A stretch of 64,000 bases of DNA from Sphagnum compactum (GCA_965153455.1 OZ234493.1:10530213-10594212), one strand, 5' to 3'. Positions 39,601 to 53,412 are shown, counted from the first letter of the stretch. Notes: a model not told the origin generated them from the sequence alone. Made by a program: numbers and translations.

Positions 39601-41947
39601 ATTCACATTCCATTTTGTCAAAAATTTTGGCACATAGAATCAAGGATTATTAGGTCAAAAGGCGTGGCAAAACATTCCCAATTATTCAATTAATCTTATG
39701 AGCTTAATATGATTTAATTGGTGGATTTCAATATTGATGTATTCAAATGAAAAATAGTTGAGCTTTCATTTGGTTTATTTTAATATCATACCATAGTGGA
39801 GAATAATGCATCAATATTTTAGGTTATGTATTAGTGTATCAACATAGTGATCTATATATTAATATATTATCACACTAATATATGTATAAATGTATCATAT
39901 TGTTAATCTATGTATTATGTATTAGTGCATATCAATCATATCAATATATACATTTTGTTTATGATGAGTGTTTTCAAATATTATATGAAAGTTTGATGAC
40001 CTTTTAAGTAAAAGTGGGTGTGATACAAAAGGTATGATTCCATCTCCATGATTACATGGCAAAATATCACATGTGATGAAGAAAAAGGTGAAAGTACACT
40101 AAAGGTGAACCATTTTTCATCAAAAAAGGTGATGTATATAGTGTAATGAGTATCATAGTACATAATAAGTTAAAATCTTGATGACATCCTTTGGCTATTG
40201 TAAAAACAAACAAAACAATTTAGAATTTGCATGACAACATTTTGAAATTCAAAGTTCATTTTGAGTCAAAATTAATTTTGATTCAATGTTTAGGTAAAAA
40301 GGATTGAATGAAATCAATTTACATAAAGTATATAACAAGTACATCTTTTTGACAACCATAGGGCCTCACATTTGTGGTTCATGAAACATTACCTAACAAA
40401 AAGAAATTGAAAACATAATGTAAATTTGAAGGGTTATTTTCACAATTTAAGCACATATATTATTAATCAATGTATTTCACCCCACCTTTCTTTTCCTTTT
40501 TTGCACTCCATGACAAGAACCTTGGATTTTTTATTTAATGAAGAAAATTAAAAAATGTATCATGGACATGTTTATGCAAGTGCTATTTGAAGAAGTTTCA
40601 ATTATGATTAATTTGTGTAGCCTACTATGCAACAAAATAAAATTATCTAGCATAACCTTCCATTAGCCAAGTGAACATTTTAGATCAACACATCCACATG
40701 TAACATTTACCTTGTTTGGGCAGATATATATGTATGTTGCACAATATTTTTTAGTAACATTATTATAGTAGTCAATTGCACTCTTACTGTTCTTCAAGTT
40801 ATGGGGTAAGATCTAAAGATATTATGACAATGTTTTATGGGAATTTTTCCTTTTTACACTAGTGTAACAAGGTAGCAATAATGTGCTATAATGTAGATAA
40901 GTGTAACATAATGAATCTTGAAGAATCTTCAATTTGTTTCATCATGCATCTAACACAATGTGGCATTAAAAAAAAAACATTTCTTGTTTTATTGGTTGTC
41001 TTAGGGTTTTTTGCCAACCATACATTCTAATATTCCTCCAAATCTATTGAAGATTTTGGAACATTGTAGGGCAAGGAACTTGGTGGAATTTTGTGATCCA
41101 ATCGGCAAGTTTTACAATTATTGTGCTCAAAAGTGGAAATACTAATGAGTCTCCCATTCAAATTTTTTTCATACCATACCATAGTAAAATGTACATCAAT
41201 GCATTAAGTTATGTGTTAATCTATGTATTAATGTGTCATTTTATAAATTGATACATTTTTTTTGTAATGGGCATTTTTAGATATCATATGTGAAGTTAAC
41301 TCCTCTTCCAACAATAGCAAATGTGGTACAAAAAATAAAATTGAATCCACAATTGATACAAGAGTGTAATGATGATATAAAAAACTCCATGATGCTATTA
41401 AAAAACTTTTTGAGTGCCATGATTGCTATACATTTTTTTCCAAAAAGATTTGATTCAATCACCACCAAGTTATCCAAGGTTACAATATGAAGCCTTGGAT
41501 GAAAAAGGTAATAAACTTGTATTCAAACCTTATCCTATGTTCAAGTCCCACCAAGGGAAAAAAAAGTGTGCAGGTTGTGGCAAGAAATATTTGTGTTTAA
41601 AGAAGCATTTAGGAAGAAGAAAACATAAAAATGGGTTCAAAACCATAAGAACTTCAGAAATAAAATATAAGAGCCATCAAATGAAGAGAAGACATAAGAT
41701 GTCCTTCACTTTGTCCTTTTATTGTCTCAATTATATCAAACTATATATGTATCAATGTATCAAATTGTATGTATCAATATAGGAGACATTAAGTGAAGAA
41801 GAGGTGAACTCTAAGGTGAAGGCTATGAAACAAAAAATTGTTAAAAGGCACACAAAATCTATGAAGGTGTGAAATATCTTTCACCTTGTCCTATTATTGT
41901 TTCAATTATATCAAATTACATATGTATTATATTAGACTATGGGTATC

Positions 41948-43369
41948 AGGTTCCATTCATAATTGGGGTATTAAAAAAGAGTGTCTAATTTTAAAAATAT
42001 TAGAAAGGACAACTTTGGATTTTTTTTTTTTGTTTGCATCATTGGGTGAAATCATAGTGAAAGGAGCTAGGGGTGCCAAGGTAAAAGTCCTTTTGCAAGG
42101 ACCGCACATGACACGTGTCATTTTTGCGTTGGTTTATAACTTAAAATTTTGTATTTTGAATACCCCATGTAACACTGCATTTTAAATATAAATACAATTT
42201 GATTACAATTTGATTTTATATCATGTATATTATGAATTCATGCCCTCTATCATGTATATATGTACAACTTTTGTTAAAGCCACATTTTCAAAATCCATAA
42301 TTTTCAAGGTCAAAAGCACTTTTGAGCCAAATGTATTAAAATGGGTTATAAAAACAATTTTCATCGATTCAAGTCCATTTGCCATTCTAATCATCAATGT
42401 TAAAATCCTTTCCAATTTTCAAAAGGAATGGTGCACATTTGGTAGAAAAAAATGATGTTTGAAAAAAACAAAAATAATCCATTTTCAAGGTTTCAGTGCT
42501 TTGAACATGCAATTTAAATAAAAAATTGTGTCAAGCTTTGAGCATGTAAACTTTGCAACTAATGGAAAATATTCCAAAAACTATTATGAAAATCTAAACT
42601 ATATGCTTCCCTTGTGATCTTTCAAACACACAAAAATGTAATTTTAAGGAGTGTCCATTCACTTGGGTTGTTCCTTTGACTTTGAGTTTACCCCATTATA
42701 ATTGTATTGGATTATTTTATGCCAATAAATAAAATGGCGACATTTTAAATCAATAAAAATATTTATGAAAAATTTGCACATTATATAAATGTCCTTTTGA
42801 GTTTAGAGCTAACTATATCATGTCTAATCTACACTGGTTTTTTATAAAAGGAACCCAAAGGAATGCATTAAGAAATCCAATTGATGTCAATTTTTTAAAT
42901 GGATAGTTAATGTTTACATCTATGTTTCGCCATGTTCATTGCATGCATGACTATATTATAAACCATACAATTGTTTTTTGAAAATTAAAAAAATCAATAT
43001 TTGGGGCTATAAAGGAAAGGACTATTTTTTGGGCCATTTGGTTGATTTTCTATATTCACTAGGCTTAAGATTCATAATTTGAAATGTGGGTCACATGTGC
43101 AAGAAATAATCATTCTAAAAAAAATGTGAAATTGTTCATAAAAATTTATTCAAGTATTTTTTGCATTTTTGGGTTTGAACCAAGGTTATATATGCACACC
43201 AATGTACATATGAAAAAAATCATCACCACCACATGAATTATCTTAGTTTAGACTATTGAATTTTTTTCATTTAAATTTGTCGTCTGGTTGTTATTTGTAA
43301 AAATTAGTGACAAAAAAAATCCTGATATCTTTTTTTCTATTTTTTGGAACCCTAACCATGAATGAGCCC
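41948..43369. mobile_element. MITE family C, copy 2, interrupted by a family B insertion
   Basis: Degenerate TIRs (GGTTCCATTCATAATTGGGGTA / GAACCCTAACCATGAATGAGCCC). Internal blocks CCATTTGGTTGAT..CTAGGCTTA and TCACCACCAC match copy 1. Confidence 0.55.
42080..42694 (+). repeat. Dispersed repeat family B (other copies ~50452-50710 and ~54850-55253)
   Basis: The shared block AATTTTCAAAAGGAATGGTGCACATTT..AGAAAAAA...CATGTAAACTTTGCAA.TAATG...TTCCCTT.TGAT.TTTCAAACA occurs in three copies. Confidence 0.8.
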
Positions 43370-45027
43370 ATCAATGTATATAACTTTATGTATTAGTGTA
43401 TCATGAATACATAGGATGGTACAACACAACTTCATTCCATCATTTTATTATTCTTAACTTTAATTGTATCATATGTTAGTATGTTGTATTAGGTAGATTG
43501 CATTTATGTATCAAAAGGTGGTGTACATTAGGATGGTTAATTTTGATAAATTTTAATATTATATTGACCATTTGGTTGCATGCATGTAAATATGATATGT
43601 TACCATTTTATTAATGTATAATGCACCTTATACTTTAATTTTTTTTTTTACGTGACATACTATAATAAGGTGAAAACATGATAAAAGGAGCTAGGGGTGC
43701 AAAGATAGCTTGTGCATGTGCATGAGTGTGCAACTTGAGCTTGAAACTAAAAATTTAATGTGATTTTAATCCACCTACATGGATGAATATGTCCATAGAT
43801 GAATGATTTCATATGAATGAATGTCATTTTTGCATGGATAAATTTCATTTATGATTTGGATTAAATAAATAAATCATTGGATGAAATTCATCCATGATTG
43901 AAAGATAAATAAATTCAAAAATATTTATATCCATCTTCATTTGTTGTCCAAATATTAATATTTCAAACTTGAATGTCACTTAATAATGATGGATAATGAT
44001 TTAAAAATTTTTGTTCAAGAAATCATTTTCATGAACAGTGTTAAGCAATTCAAGAAATATTGTCATGGAATGAATGTCAACCTCTCCCCCCCCCCCCCCC
44101 CCACCCAATTGTTGTCAACAACATTATATATTTACTTTGCGGAAAATTGGGGTGCCTTGAAAATAAATAATTATAAAAAAACTTCATTGTCATCTATGAT
44201 AGTAGGTTGTTTGAAAAAAATTAATTAAAGTGCCCAAAAATGAATTTTAATTTTTTTCAACTACCCATTATTACTAATGACATTATGTAGTTTAAAAATA
44301 TCTAAAACATTGAAAACCACTTGTTCTCAACAACATTGGTTAAATTTGTAAAAAATCATGCCACCCTTGACAAATAATGAAAAAAAAACCTCATTGTTGC
44401 TAATGATAATTATATGTAGGTTTGAATGAAGTTATGGCACCTTTAGAAGGGGGAGGAAAAAATAGTCATCAATGACATTGCACTACACCAAAATGCGTCC
44501 TAATTCATTCTGGGTTTCATTAAATTTTGAGTGCATTTGGACATTTTACCATGGTGAAGTTGGTCAACCCCCTAGTCAACGAGGACCAGTTGCTATAGAC
44601 AGTGAATTGGTCCACTAGTTGTCATGGACACCACCATCACTCATCGCTTGCATCATTGTTTGCACCAACATAGTCATTTACATCATCACTTGCATCATCA
44701 CTTACACCAACATAGTCGCTTGCATCATCGCTTACAACAACATAATCACTTGCATCATTGTTAACTCCTAGGTCACATTCAACTCCCATTAGGCCTACAT
44801 CTATTCTTGTCATCATAATAGTTGTTTTTTTGTTTTTTTGATGAAAATCGAATGTGGATTACCCCTCTACTTTAAACATAAGAGTTTTCAAGAGGTTGTG
44901 GATTACCCCTCTACTTTAAACATAAGAGTTTTCAAGAGGTTGTGGATTACCCACCTTTTGAACGTGTTGTTGAGATTGTGGACCACCCACCTTTTATTGA
45001 AGTTTTGATTTACATATTTTTTTAGCC

Positions 45028-47292
45028 ATGTTCATTTCAAAAAAAGAAATAGTTTCGTCCATGGAAGAAGTTTTTGTTACCTTTAGGCATATGCAATAGG
45101 AAAATCAGTCTCTTCATGAGCCCATTGCACACATACAAAAAAACCAAACATTGGCAATGTTTGGAAGCATTCTGAATGAGCCATAAATCAACCTCCCAAA
45201 GAAGTTTGACGACACATGTTCAAAATTTCGAAGTTCATTAACTAAATACGTCTCATCATCCAACTTGATTAGCACCGCTATCTAGATGACCAAATGACTA
45301 GACCCAAATTGGATTCATTGGCACCTTATCATTAGGCACAATTTTAGCATGGTTTGCACCTCTTTTGGAATGTCAATTTCTTCTTTTAAATGATTTTGAA
45401 GCATTTCTTGTAGAAAGTGGTGCTTTTTTTAATGATTCAGACAAAGAATATACAACAAGAAGCAAGTTGCGAGCTTTTCATCAAGGATCACACCCAACCT
45501 TTGTGTATGCTTCTAAATTCAGGCAACTAGCATGTGACATTTCATGGGATGAAATTGCATTCATGAACCAATTTCAGTTTGGATTCCGTGGAGAGATGAA
45601 AAACTTTTTGTTTACTATGTTTAATCCCATAACCTTGAGTTAGGCAATCGTGCAAGTTGTGTGTTGTGATAATCGAATTTTTGAACGTTGATAGGAAAAA
45701 CGTTGGGAATCATCATCAACATTGAGGCAATTCATGCCACCCATGTTGCAACCCAAACATATGGTGTTTACACCCAATGATGACCCCATGCAAATTGATA
45801 AGACACGATTCAAACCACTCATAGAACAAGAGAACAACGTCGACATGTAAACAATCTCTATTTTTACTATGGAGAACCAGGCCACATAGTTGATGTTTGT
45901 CCAAAGAAACATGTTCAACATGCAGCATGTGCCACAACTTCTACCACTACCCAAGGGCCAGAAGAGAAGGGAAACGAGGACGTCCAATCTCAGTAGGGAC
46001 CGTGAGATTAAACTTCGATGCATCATGCGTTTAAAACGGTCCTACTTTGTCTTTAGAACCAACATCTTATTTTTTGTTGCCCATCATGATCAAGGGTGGT
46101 AAATCCATGACTGTGCAAACCCAATCACTTTTTGACTCAGGGGCATCTGCGTGTTTCATCGATAAATAGTTAGTACGACAACATAACTTGGTGTTGGTGA
46201 AGAAAACAACACTAGTGACGGTCGAAGTGATCAGAGGTCAAAACCTTTCTTTAGGACTTGTAACACATGAGACCAAGGTGTTGACAGTAACAATTAGGTC
46301 ACACAATAACAAAGTTGTTTTCAATGTCATCTCATTTTCGACAAACCCTATCATCATTGGGTTATCATGGCTCATTTTGCATAATCCTTAAATGGATTGG
46401 AAGACGAAAAGTTTTCATTTTGAATCAGTAAACAAAACTACACCAAAATATGAAGCTTTTCCAACAAGCATGCTGGACTTTAAATATGATTATGCACATG
46501 AAGACACAGTAAAAACTAGTCAACGCATGCAAAAACTCAAGCGTGAAGGGATATTGGGGGTAACCAAGGATCTAAACATTTCAAACCTTTGTTTATGGGA
46601 ATAAGAACATTCATGCAAACAACAAAGAAGGGAGATGAATTATTTGTATATGCCATTCCAGCACCTGATCTTGAGACGCAACAACATGAAACCCCTATTC
46701 AGTACCAAGATTACATATATGTTTTTGAAAAGAAAAATGGAGACACATTACTTGAACATCGGCCATATGATTGTGCGATTCATTTGGAGGAAGGAGCATA
46801 ACCCACGTTTGGACCCATTTATAACTTGTCGTAGGACGAACTCTCAGTGCTTTGAGAATACGTCAATGAAAATCTAAGTCTCTAGTTGGTGCTCCAATCC
46901 TATTTGTCAAGAAAAATGATGGATCTTTATGCATGTGTGTTGATTACCGTGGACTAAATCGACCCACTATCAAGAACCGCCACCCTTTGCCCTTGATTTC
47001 AGGATTGTTGGACCAACTCAATCATACCAAGATTCACCTATGTGGAACATACAACTTGATGCACATTCGAGAAAGTGATGATTGGAAGATGGCATTCAAA
47101 ATTCATTATGACCATTTTGAATATGTTGTGATGCCCTTTGGCCTTACCAATGCACCTGCTATTTTTCAACATATGATGAATGATTTTTTTCGTGAATATT
47201 TGGATGGTTTTTTGGTTTGTCACATCGGTGACATTTTCATTTTCTCGAAAAACATGGCAGACCATGAGCGCCATGTACGTTTTGTTTTGGAA
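45028..47292 (+). pseudogene. gag-pol pseudogene (Gag, aspartic protease, partial reverse transcriptase) with stops, frameshifts and deletions
   Basis: ORF fragments 45365-45643, 46188-46391, 46589-46801 and 46933-47340 carry gag/PR/RT motifs. No RNase H or integrase is visible. Confidence 0.88.
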
Positions 47293-47298
47293 AGCTCT

Positions 47299-47770
47299 GG
47301 TGCACACATGGAAGCTTTTATGGAGGTTTCCTTGAACTAGGTCCCCAATGGGGTATAATTTGAGTTAACCTTTAGTAAAGTTTTAGTTGACTTTTAATTC
47401 ATTATTAATTAGGAAGCTTCTTGAGAAACTTCCTTGGTTGGAGCACACATAGAGGCTAGAGGTTCCTTGAACTAGGTCCTCAATGGGGTATCATTTGAGT
47501 TAACTTTTAGTAAAGTTTCAGTTGACTTTTAATTCATTATTAATTAGGAAACTTCTCAAGAAGCTTCTTTGGTTGGTGCACATATAGAAGCTAGAGGCTT
47601 CCTTGAGCTAGGTCCTCAATGGGGTATAATTTGAATTAAACTTTAATAAAATTTTGGTTGATTTTTAATTCACTATTAGTTAGGAAGTTTCTCAAGAAGT
47701 TTCCTTGGTCGATGCACACATGGAAGTCTCTATGGAAGCTTCCTTGAGCTAGGTCCCCAATGGGTATAAA
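47299..47770 (+). repeat. ~135-bp tandem repeat (3 copies + partial) in the U3-like region of the LTR
   Basis: Repeated unit GGTGCACACATGGAAGC...TTCCTTGAACTAGGTCCCCAATGGGGTATAATTTGAGTTAAC...TTAGGAAGCTTCT starts at ~47299, 47441, 47575 and 47711. Confidence 0.9.
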
Positions 47771-50700
47771 TAGAGGTAGGCCCTCCCATTACCTTGAGTC
47801 TGTTCAACACCAGTTTTGCGTACGTTTTCTTATCATAACCTTTGTTTTCATACGTTATCAGAATAAAGTTTTGTTTGAATTATCTTTTAGCATATACGGT
47901 GTTTTTGTTTTGCGTATTTGTATTTTTAATCTTGGATTATATTTAGGCTTAAATTTCTTGTGATTTGTTTTCCTTGTTGTGTTTTTGGCTTAGTTCATGT
48001 TATTATAATTTTTCATGCCTGTGACATTAGTACCTGTTGAAACAAGGTTAATTTCAAGTGAAATATAAATTTACCAAGCCATTTCACTTGTTAATGAATT
48101 ATTAGGCAGCATAGAAATCAATTAAATTTAAATTATTTAATATTTAATGTTATATTTAATATTATTGATAATTTCATGATTTACAACCTATGAATTATTG
48201 ACAAATGTCATTACCTATACTAGGTTAAAAACCTAACCTTGGTACATAGGTCATGTAATCAACGTAAATAGGCACTTATTCTAGGGAATTACATAAGAAA
48301 ATATTCGGTTAACTTAACATAGTTGACCACAAACACACCATTTGTGAGGTTTAATCCTTTGACCTTTAAGATGTAAGCAAACACCCCTACCATCAAACCA
48401 CCACATTTATTGTGATAATGTGTTACATTGCATTTTATTTATTAAATACTTCATTTTAAAACATTACAAAAACATAAGCTTTGAAAATTCATATCTTATT
48501 GAAATTTTGTTCAAATAAAATGATTAAAGTTGAATTAATTTTTTTTTCAATAATGTACATAAATTACATTTATTTCCTTGTAAAAGTGTAAAATCATTTG
48601 AACAATTTTTTTTTGAATATCGCTATTCAATAACATTTCAATGACCATTCTTTTGAAAAAAAAAATGTTTAATAAATGGATAAGACTTTTACTAATATAA
48701 TAATATTATTTATGTTACGTTGTTTTCAGTTATTCAAAGGTTACTTTTCATTGTTCTAAATTATTTAACCCTATAATAGTCAATTTATGGTTATTTGTGA
48801 TTATTCTCAGTTATTTTTTGCTATTGAAAGTTATTTCACCTTATGTTATTATTTGTTATTCTAGGGTTATATTACCATATCTTATTTGTCGTTATTCTAT
48901 TGCTTGCTATTGTTGGTTATTGTATTGGTGGCTATTGATGGCTATATATTCTATTGGTAATTATTGGTTTGGTGATTATTGTTGATTATTCTATTGGTGG
49001 CTATTTTAATGGCGGCTATTCTATTAATGCTTATATATTATATTGATGGTTATTAATGGTTATTTTATTAATGGCTATTCCATTAATGGTTATTGGTGAC
49101 TATCAATGGTTATTTAATTGGTTGTTATTAGTGGTTATTATATTAATGACTATTGGTGACTATTTTATTATAAGTTATTGTTGAATATTATAGGTTACAT
49201 TATCATAAGCTATCGATAGTTATTTTATTGTAGGTTATTCTAAATTATTTTTCATAGGTTGTTATTGGTTATTCTAGGTTATTTTACCTTAAGTCATTAT
49301 ATTTTATTTTAGATTATTTTAAATTGTTGTACTTTTGATAAAATAACTTATATAACATAAAGTAAAATGACCTTGAATTGCCTAAAGTGTAACTTGAAAT
49401 AACATATATTAACTTAAAATAAAATAATCTAAGATATAACCTAAGTTGAATAATTTAAATTAAAGTAACTTAAAATAAAAAAACCTATAATAAACTAGTT
49501 ATGGTACTTTAAGGTATAATAACGTATAATAATTTTAAGTATAATAATTTATAATAATTTATAATAACTTATAATAACTTAAGGTATAAGTTAAAATAAT
49601 TAAGATAACCTAAAATAATATAGGGTATATCATAAAGTGACATAGGGTACTTAAAACAACAACATAAAAATAAACCTACTTACCACAATAAATTATAATA
49701 GTGAATTATGTCAATTAATAGTGAAACACGATGTTTACATAATGATATTATAATGAAACAACTTTAATTAAGATGAAATCACTAAAGTGCAGTGAACTTA
49801 TTTCATTTTTAAAGTCCCATAGTGATTTAGGTTAATGAACTACACCCCACTTTTGTACTAGTGGTATGTTAGTTTGCCCAAAAAGTTTATTATATATATA
49901 TATATCTATATATCTATAATTTTATTTTATTTTATTTTATTTTATTTTTAAAACAATAATGACCATGGGGTGGATGTTAGCATAATAATAGTAATATAAT
50001 TAAGACATATTTAAAATAATGGCATTTTAAACCATAGCCATGAAATACATTTGTAATGAATTTACATTATATTATTCAACAAATGTATATAATATATAAT
50101 TAAATTGCGTTTCATGAAAGTTTAGTTAATTAAAATATCAAAAAAAATTATCCATAAGTTTTTTGTGATAAATTAAAACATTAATCCATAATTTTAGTGG
50201 AAGTTCGATTTATTAAAAAATGTACTAAATGCAATTTTTTTTCATTCATACATTAAATGAATGAAAAAAATCATTCATCCATAGTGAGGATGAATGCTTA
50301 CATTCATCCCCATGTTTGTTTTTAGGTTTACTAATACAACATTCATTTTGTGGTTAAATTCTTGGGTTTCACTTGCATGTGTATAAGGGAAAAAACATTT
50401 TACCATCCTAAGTTCCAACTTTAGGCTCTAAGCTCAGGTTCCAAGCTTAGAATCCTTTTCAATTTTCAAAAGGAATGGTGCACATTTTCTAGAAAAAAAG
50501 GATATTTGAAAAAAAACAAGATTGTCCATTCTCAAGGTTTGAATGTTTTAAACATGTAGAAACATTTTTATTTTTGTCAAATTTTGAACATGTAAACTTT
50601 GCAATTAATGGAAGTTGTTCCAAATTTTTTAATGATAATCCAAACTATTATGCTTCCCTTGTGATTTTTCAAACATTCACTTGGGTGCCTCCTTTGATTG

Positions 50701-52670
50701 TGCTTTTACTCAATATTGTATTAAACATTTTCCATCTATGTATGAAAATGTTCATTATTAATTTTATCAACATATTAGGTTACATGTATGTATTAGTGTA
50801 TTAGGTTATAATGTGTATAATCTATTGTGACTTTAATCATTTTTGTTTTATTTGTGTATAACCTTGTAATGTGGATGTTGTGGGTATATAGTTTCAAACT
50901 TCTTATGAATATGTGTGTGACTTTATTAACAATGTTTTACACAACTTAATTCAAAATTAACAAGATTTGTAACCCAATGTGACAAAATAAACATGTTGAT
51001 ATTTTGTGTTTCATACTGACATGCATTGAAGACTTTTGAAATTGAATTATCTAAGTGGGAGATGGAGATGACTTTAATGTGCACTAAATTTTTTCATAAT
51101 GGAACATTTTAATGGGAAAAGCAAAATGCTTGGCAAATTGAAGAAGCATATTGGGATTTGGATCCAATTTGGCACATGCATTCATTAATCCAATCAACAC
51201 AACTTTAAAAAGATGCCATAATTACCTTATTACCATGATTGTAAATTTAACAGTATGTATTTTAGTTAAATACCGCATGTCATTAATCATGTTTACTTGC
51301 TTCTAGTTACAAAGGCACAAATTGTATACAAATTGTTGGTTGGGCTTTGGACTCCAAAATTTTTCCACCAATGCTTGTGTAATTACTAAAGTTCTATATT
51401 TTTTTCATTATGGGTTGAAGGAATGAAATTTCCTTATATGCCCTTTTAGTCTAGGTTTGAAAGAGGAGAATCTACAAAAATGAATGCAGCGTTTGCCCCA
51501 TGTAGGTAATTAGATCTTTTACCTTTTATTACTAGTACAATTTTTCAATGTGTCAATGTTTTAATGTGCATATAAGTCAATGTTTGAGCGTGTCAATATG
51601 CCAATGCTTTAGTTTGTTAATGTTTTAATATCGTAATGTGTCGATGATTGAATGTGTCAAATGTTTTAATGTTGTAATGTGTCATTGTTTAATGTATTAA
51701 TGTGGCAATGTATTGATGTGTTAGAATTGTGTGTCCCCCATGTAAGACTATTGAAAATTACTTTGGATGCCTTCCAAAAGGAATTCTTGGGTAGTCCATT
51801 TTTGATCAAAATATCCATCATCTACATTTACAATTGTCTAATGTTGCAAATGGGAAGGAAAAGGACATTAATAATGAGATTTATAATTGGTTAATAGTTT
51901 ATCAAGTGTGTGCCTTCAATGGAGGAGGATGTGGCCTTATTTGATTTAAGTCTTTTTTATGTTCTATAACAAACTTGAGGTAATGATAGAAGAGGAATAC
52001 AAAGACAACGTTTTTTAATCAATTTTTACATCATTATGATGCCTTGAACATCTAGTGGGTCCTTTTAGCTATTGGTGAATCTTATTCAATGTGCATATGT
52101 ATATAAATAGAATTGTTTAATATATTACATCTATGGTCCTCAAAAATATTAACAATGGTTTGTGATTTATAGATTGCCTTGCAACCATCTCTTCAAAGGT
52201 TCAAATGTTGAATAGTAACATCCTTGGAACTATTGAAAAAATGTGATCTACGGTGGATATTGAAGATGAGAAAAAACAACACAATACATTGAAAAGGTAG
52301 TTGGGCTTCAGACTCCAATGCTTTTGGATGAGGGTACTATGGTTGTTCACATAAGTTTAAACCCACTAGGTTCTAAGCATGAACATTTTGGTATTAGGTT
52401 GGGGCAAGAGTGTGACCAAACACCCTTTATTGACTTATAATCAAAGGAATTTGATATCAATGATTTATCAACATTTGTACTTTCTTATAAGTATATTTTA
52501 TTTAGATTTTAATTTGTCCTCTTAATGATTCAATTGTTATAATGAATTTGCTTATTAGTGTACCAATATATGTATCAATGTTTCAAAAGTAATCATGAGT
52601 TAGTGTATTAAGTAATATGTATTATACTAACTGTATCAATATATCAAACATGTTAATGTGTCATTATTGG

Positions 52671-53412
52671 AGGTGAAAACACATTATGGGGGTGCCAACT
52701 TGGCGATTTTCAGAACATATGATTAAAATATACACTTCCAAAATGTGTTGTGCATTTAATTTTGGGTTTCACTTTTGGTGTTTAGGCCTTATATTTTGAT
52801 TTTCATGAAGTTAATTTTATTTAATATTATTTTAAAAAAAATTTAAAGGGTAAATTTAATAAACAATGGGTAAATTTATGGTATATATGTAATATAATAT
52901 GTTTTGTTTCTTGTTTTAGGTCATCACATTAGTTTTTGGTTTGAATTAATCAACCAATTTTTTTTGAAATGTAAGTTCAAAAAAATACCCCACCTAACAT
53001 TTCTTGTCATCTTCCATTTGAAAGTGATTGTTTTTCAAAATTTTAATTATATCACATACTTAGGTTATCACTTTGAAAAAAACCCATTTGTGATATGATA
53101 ATTTCACATGGTTCACAAACCTATTCCAATCATGGAATCACAATGTTTAGTAGATATTACAGATTTTAAAAATTATTTCAATCATTTTCTGGTACATTTT
53201 CATTTTCATGACATACATTTTTTTGTGCAGATAAATTTTCACATCACATCATATGAAACATTTGATTTTTTTGGGTTTTGACTTATGATAATATGCAAAA
53301 CCATTGTGAAAATCTTTTGTAGTAATGACATGGTTGAAGTTCAAACATGGTACTTTTGAAAAATAATATAATGTGACAATAATCTTTGCCCCCTTATAAT
53401 GTGCTTTCACCT
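52671..53412. mobile_element. MITE with ~22-bp TIR (family D)
   Basis: AGGTGAAAACACATTATGGGGG ... CCCCTTATAATGTGCTTTCACCT. Related GGTGAAA termini occur at ~40087, 42045 and 43669. Confidence 0.7.

Larger units (their letters stand above)
44620..48026 (+). mobile_element. Truncated, degenerate Ty3/gypsy LTR retrotransposon (chromovirus/Tcn1-like gag-PR-RT)
   Basis: Ends are TGTCA...TGACA with near-identical 5-bp flanks CTAGT/TTAGT. Gag relic ~45028-45996 (YASKFRQLACDISWDE, decayed zinc knuckle ..YGEPGH...CP). Protease LFDSGASACFID at ~46128. RT motifs HRPYDCAI, GAPILFVKK, CVDYRGLN, VMPFGLTNAPA and decayed HIGD. It breaks off at ~47292 into LTR-like DNA with TATAAATA at 47765. Confidence 0.9.
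44498..49861 (+). mobile_element. Non-autonomous Helitron-like element, copy 1 (hosts the Ty3/gypsy insertion)
   Basis: 5' TCCT...GCATTTGGACATTTTACCATGGTGAAGTTG is homologous to 53686-53790. The 3' region TAGTGAATTATGTCAA...ACTTTTGTACTAG|T is homologous to 55327-55433 and ends CTAG before T. The interior is an AT-rich fold-back. Confidence 0.6.
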
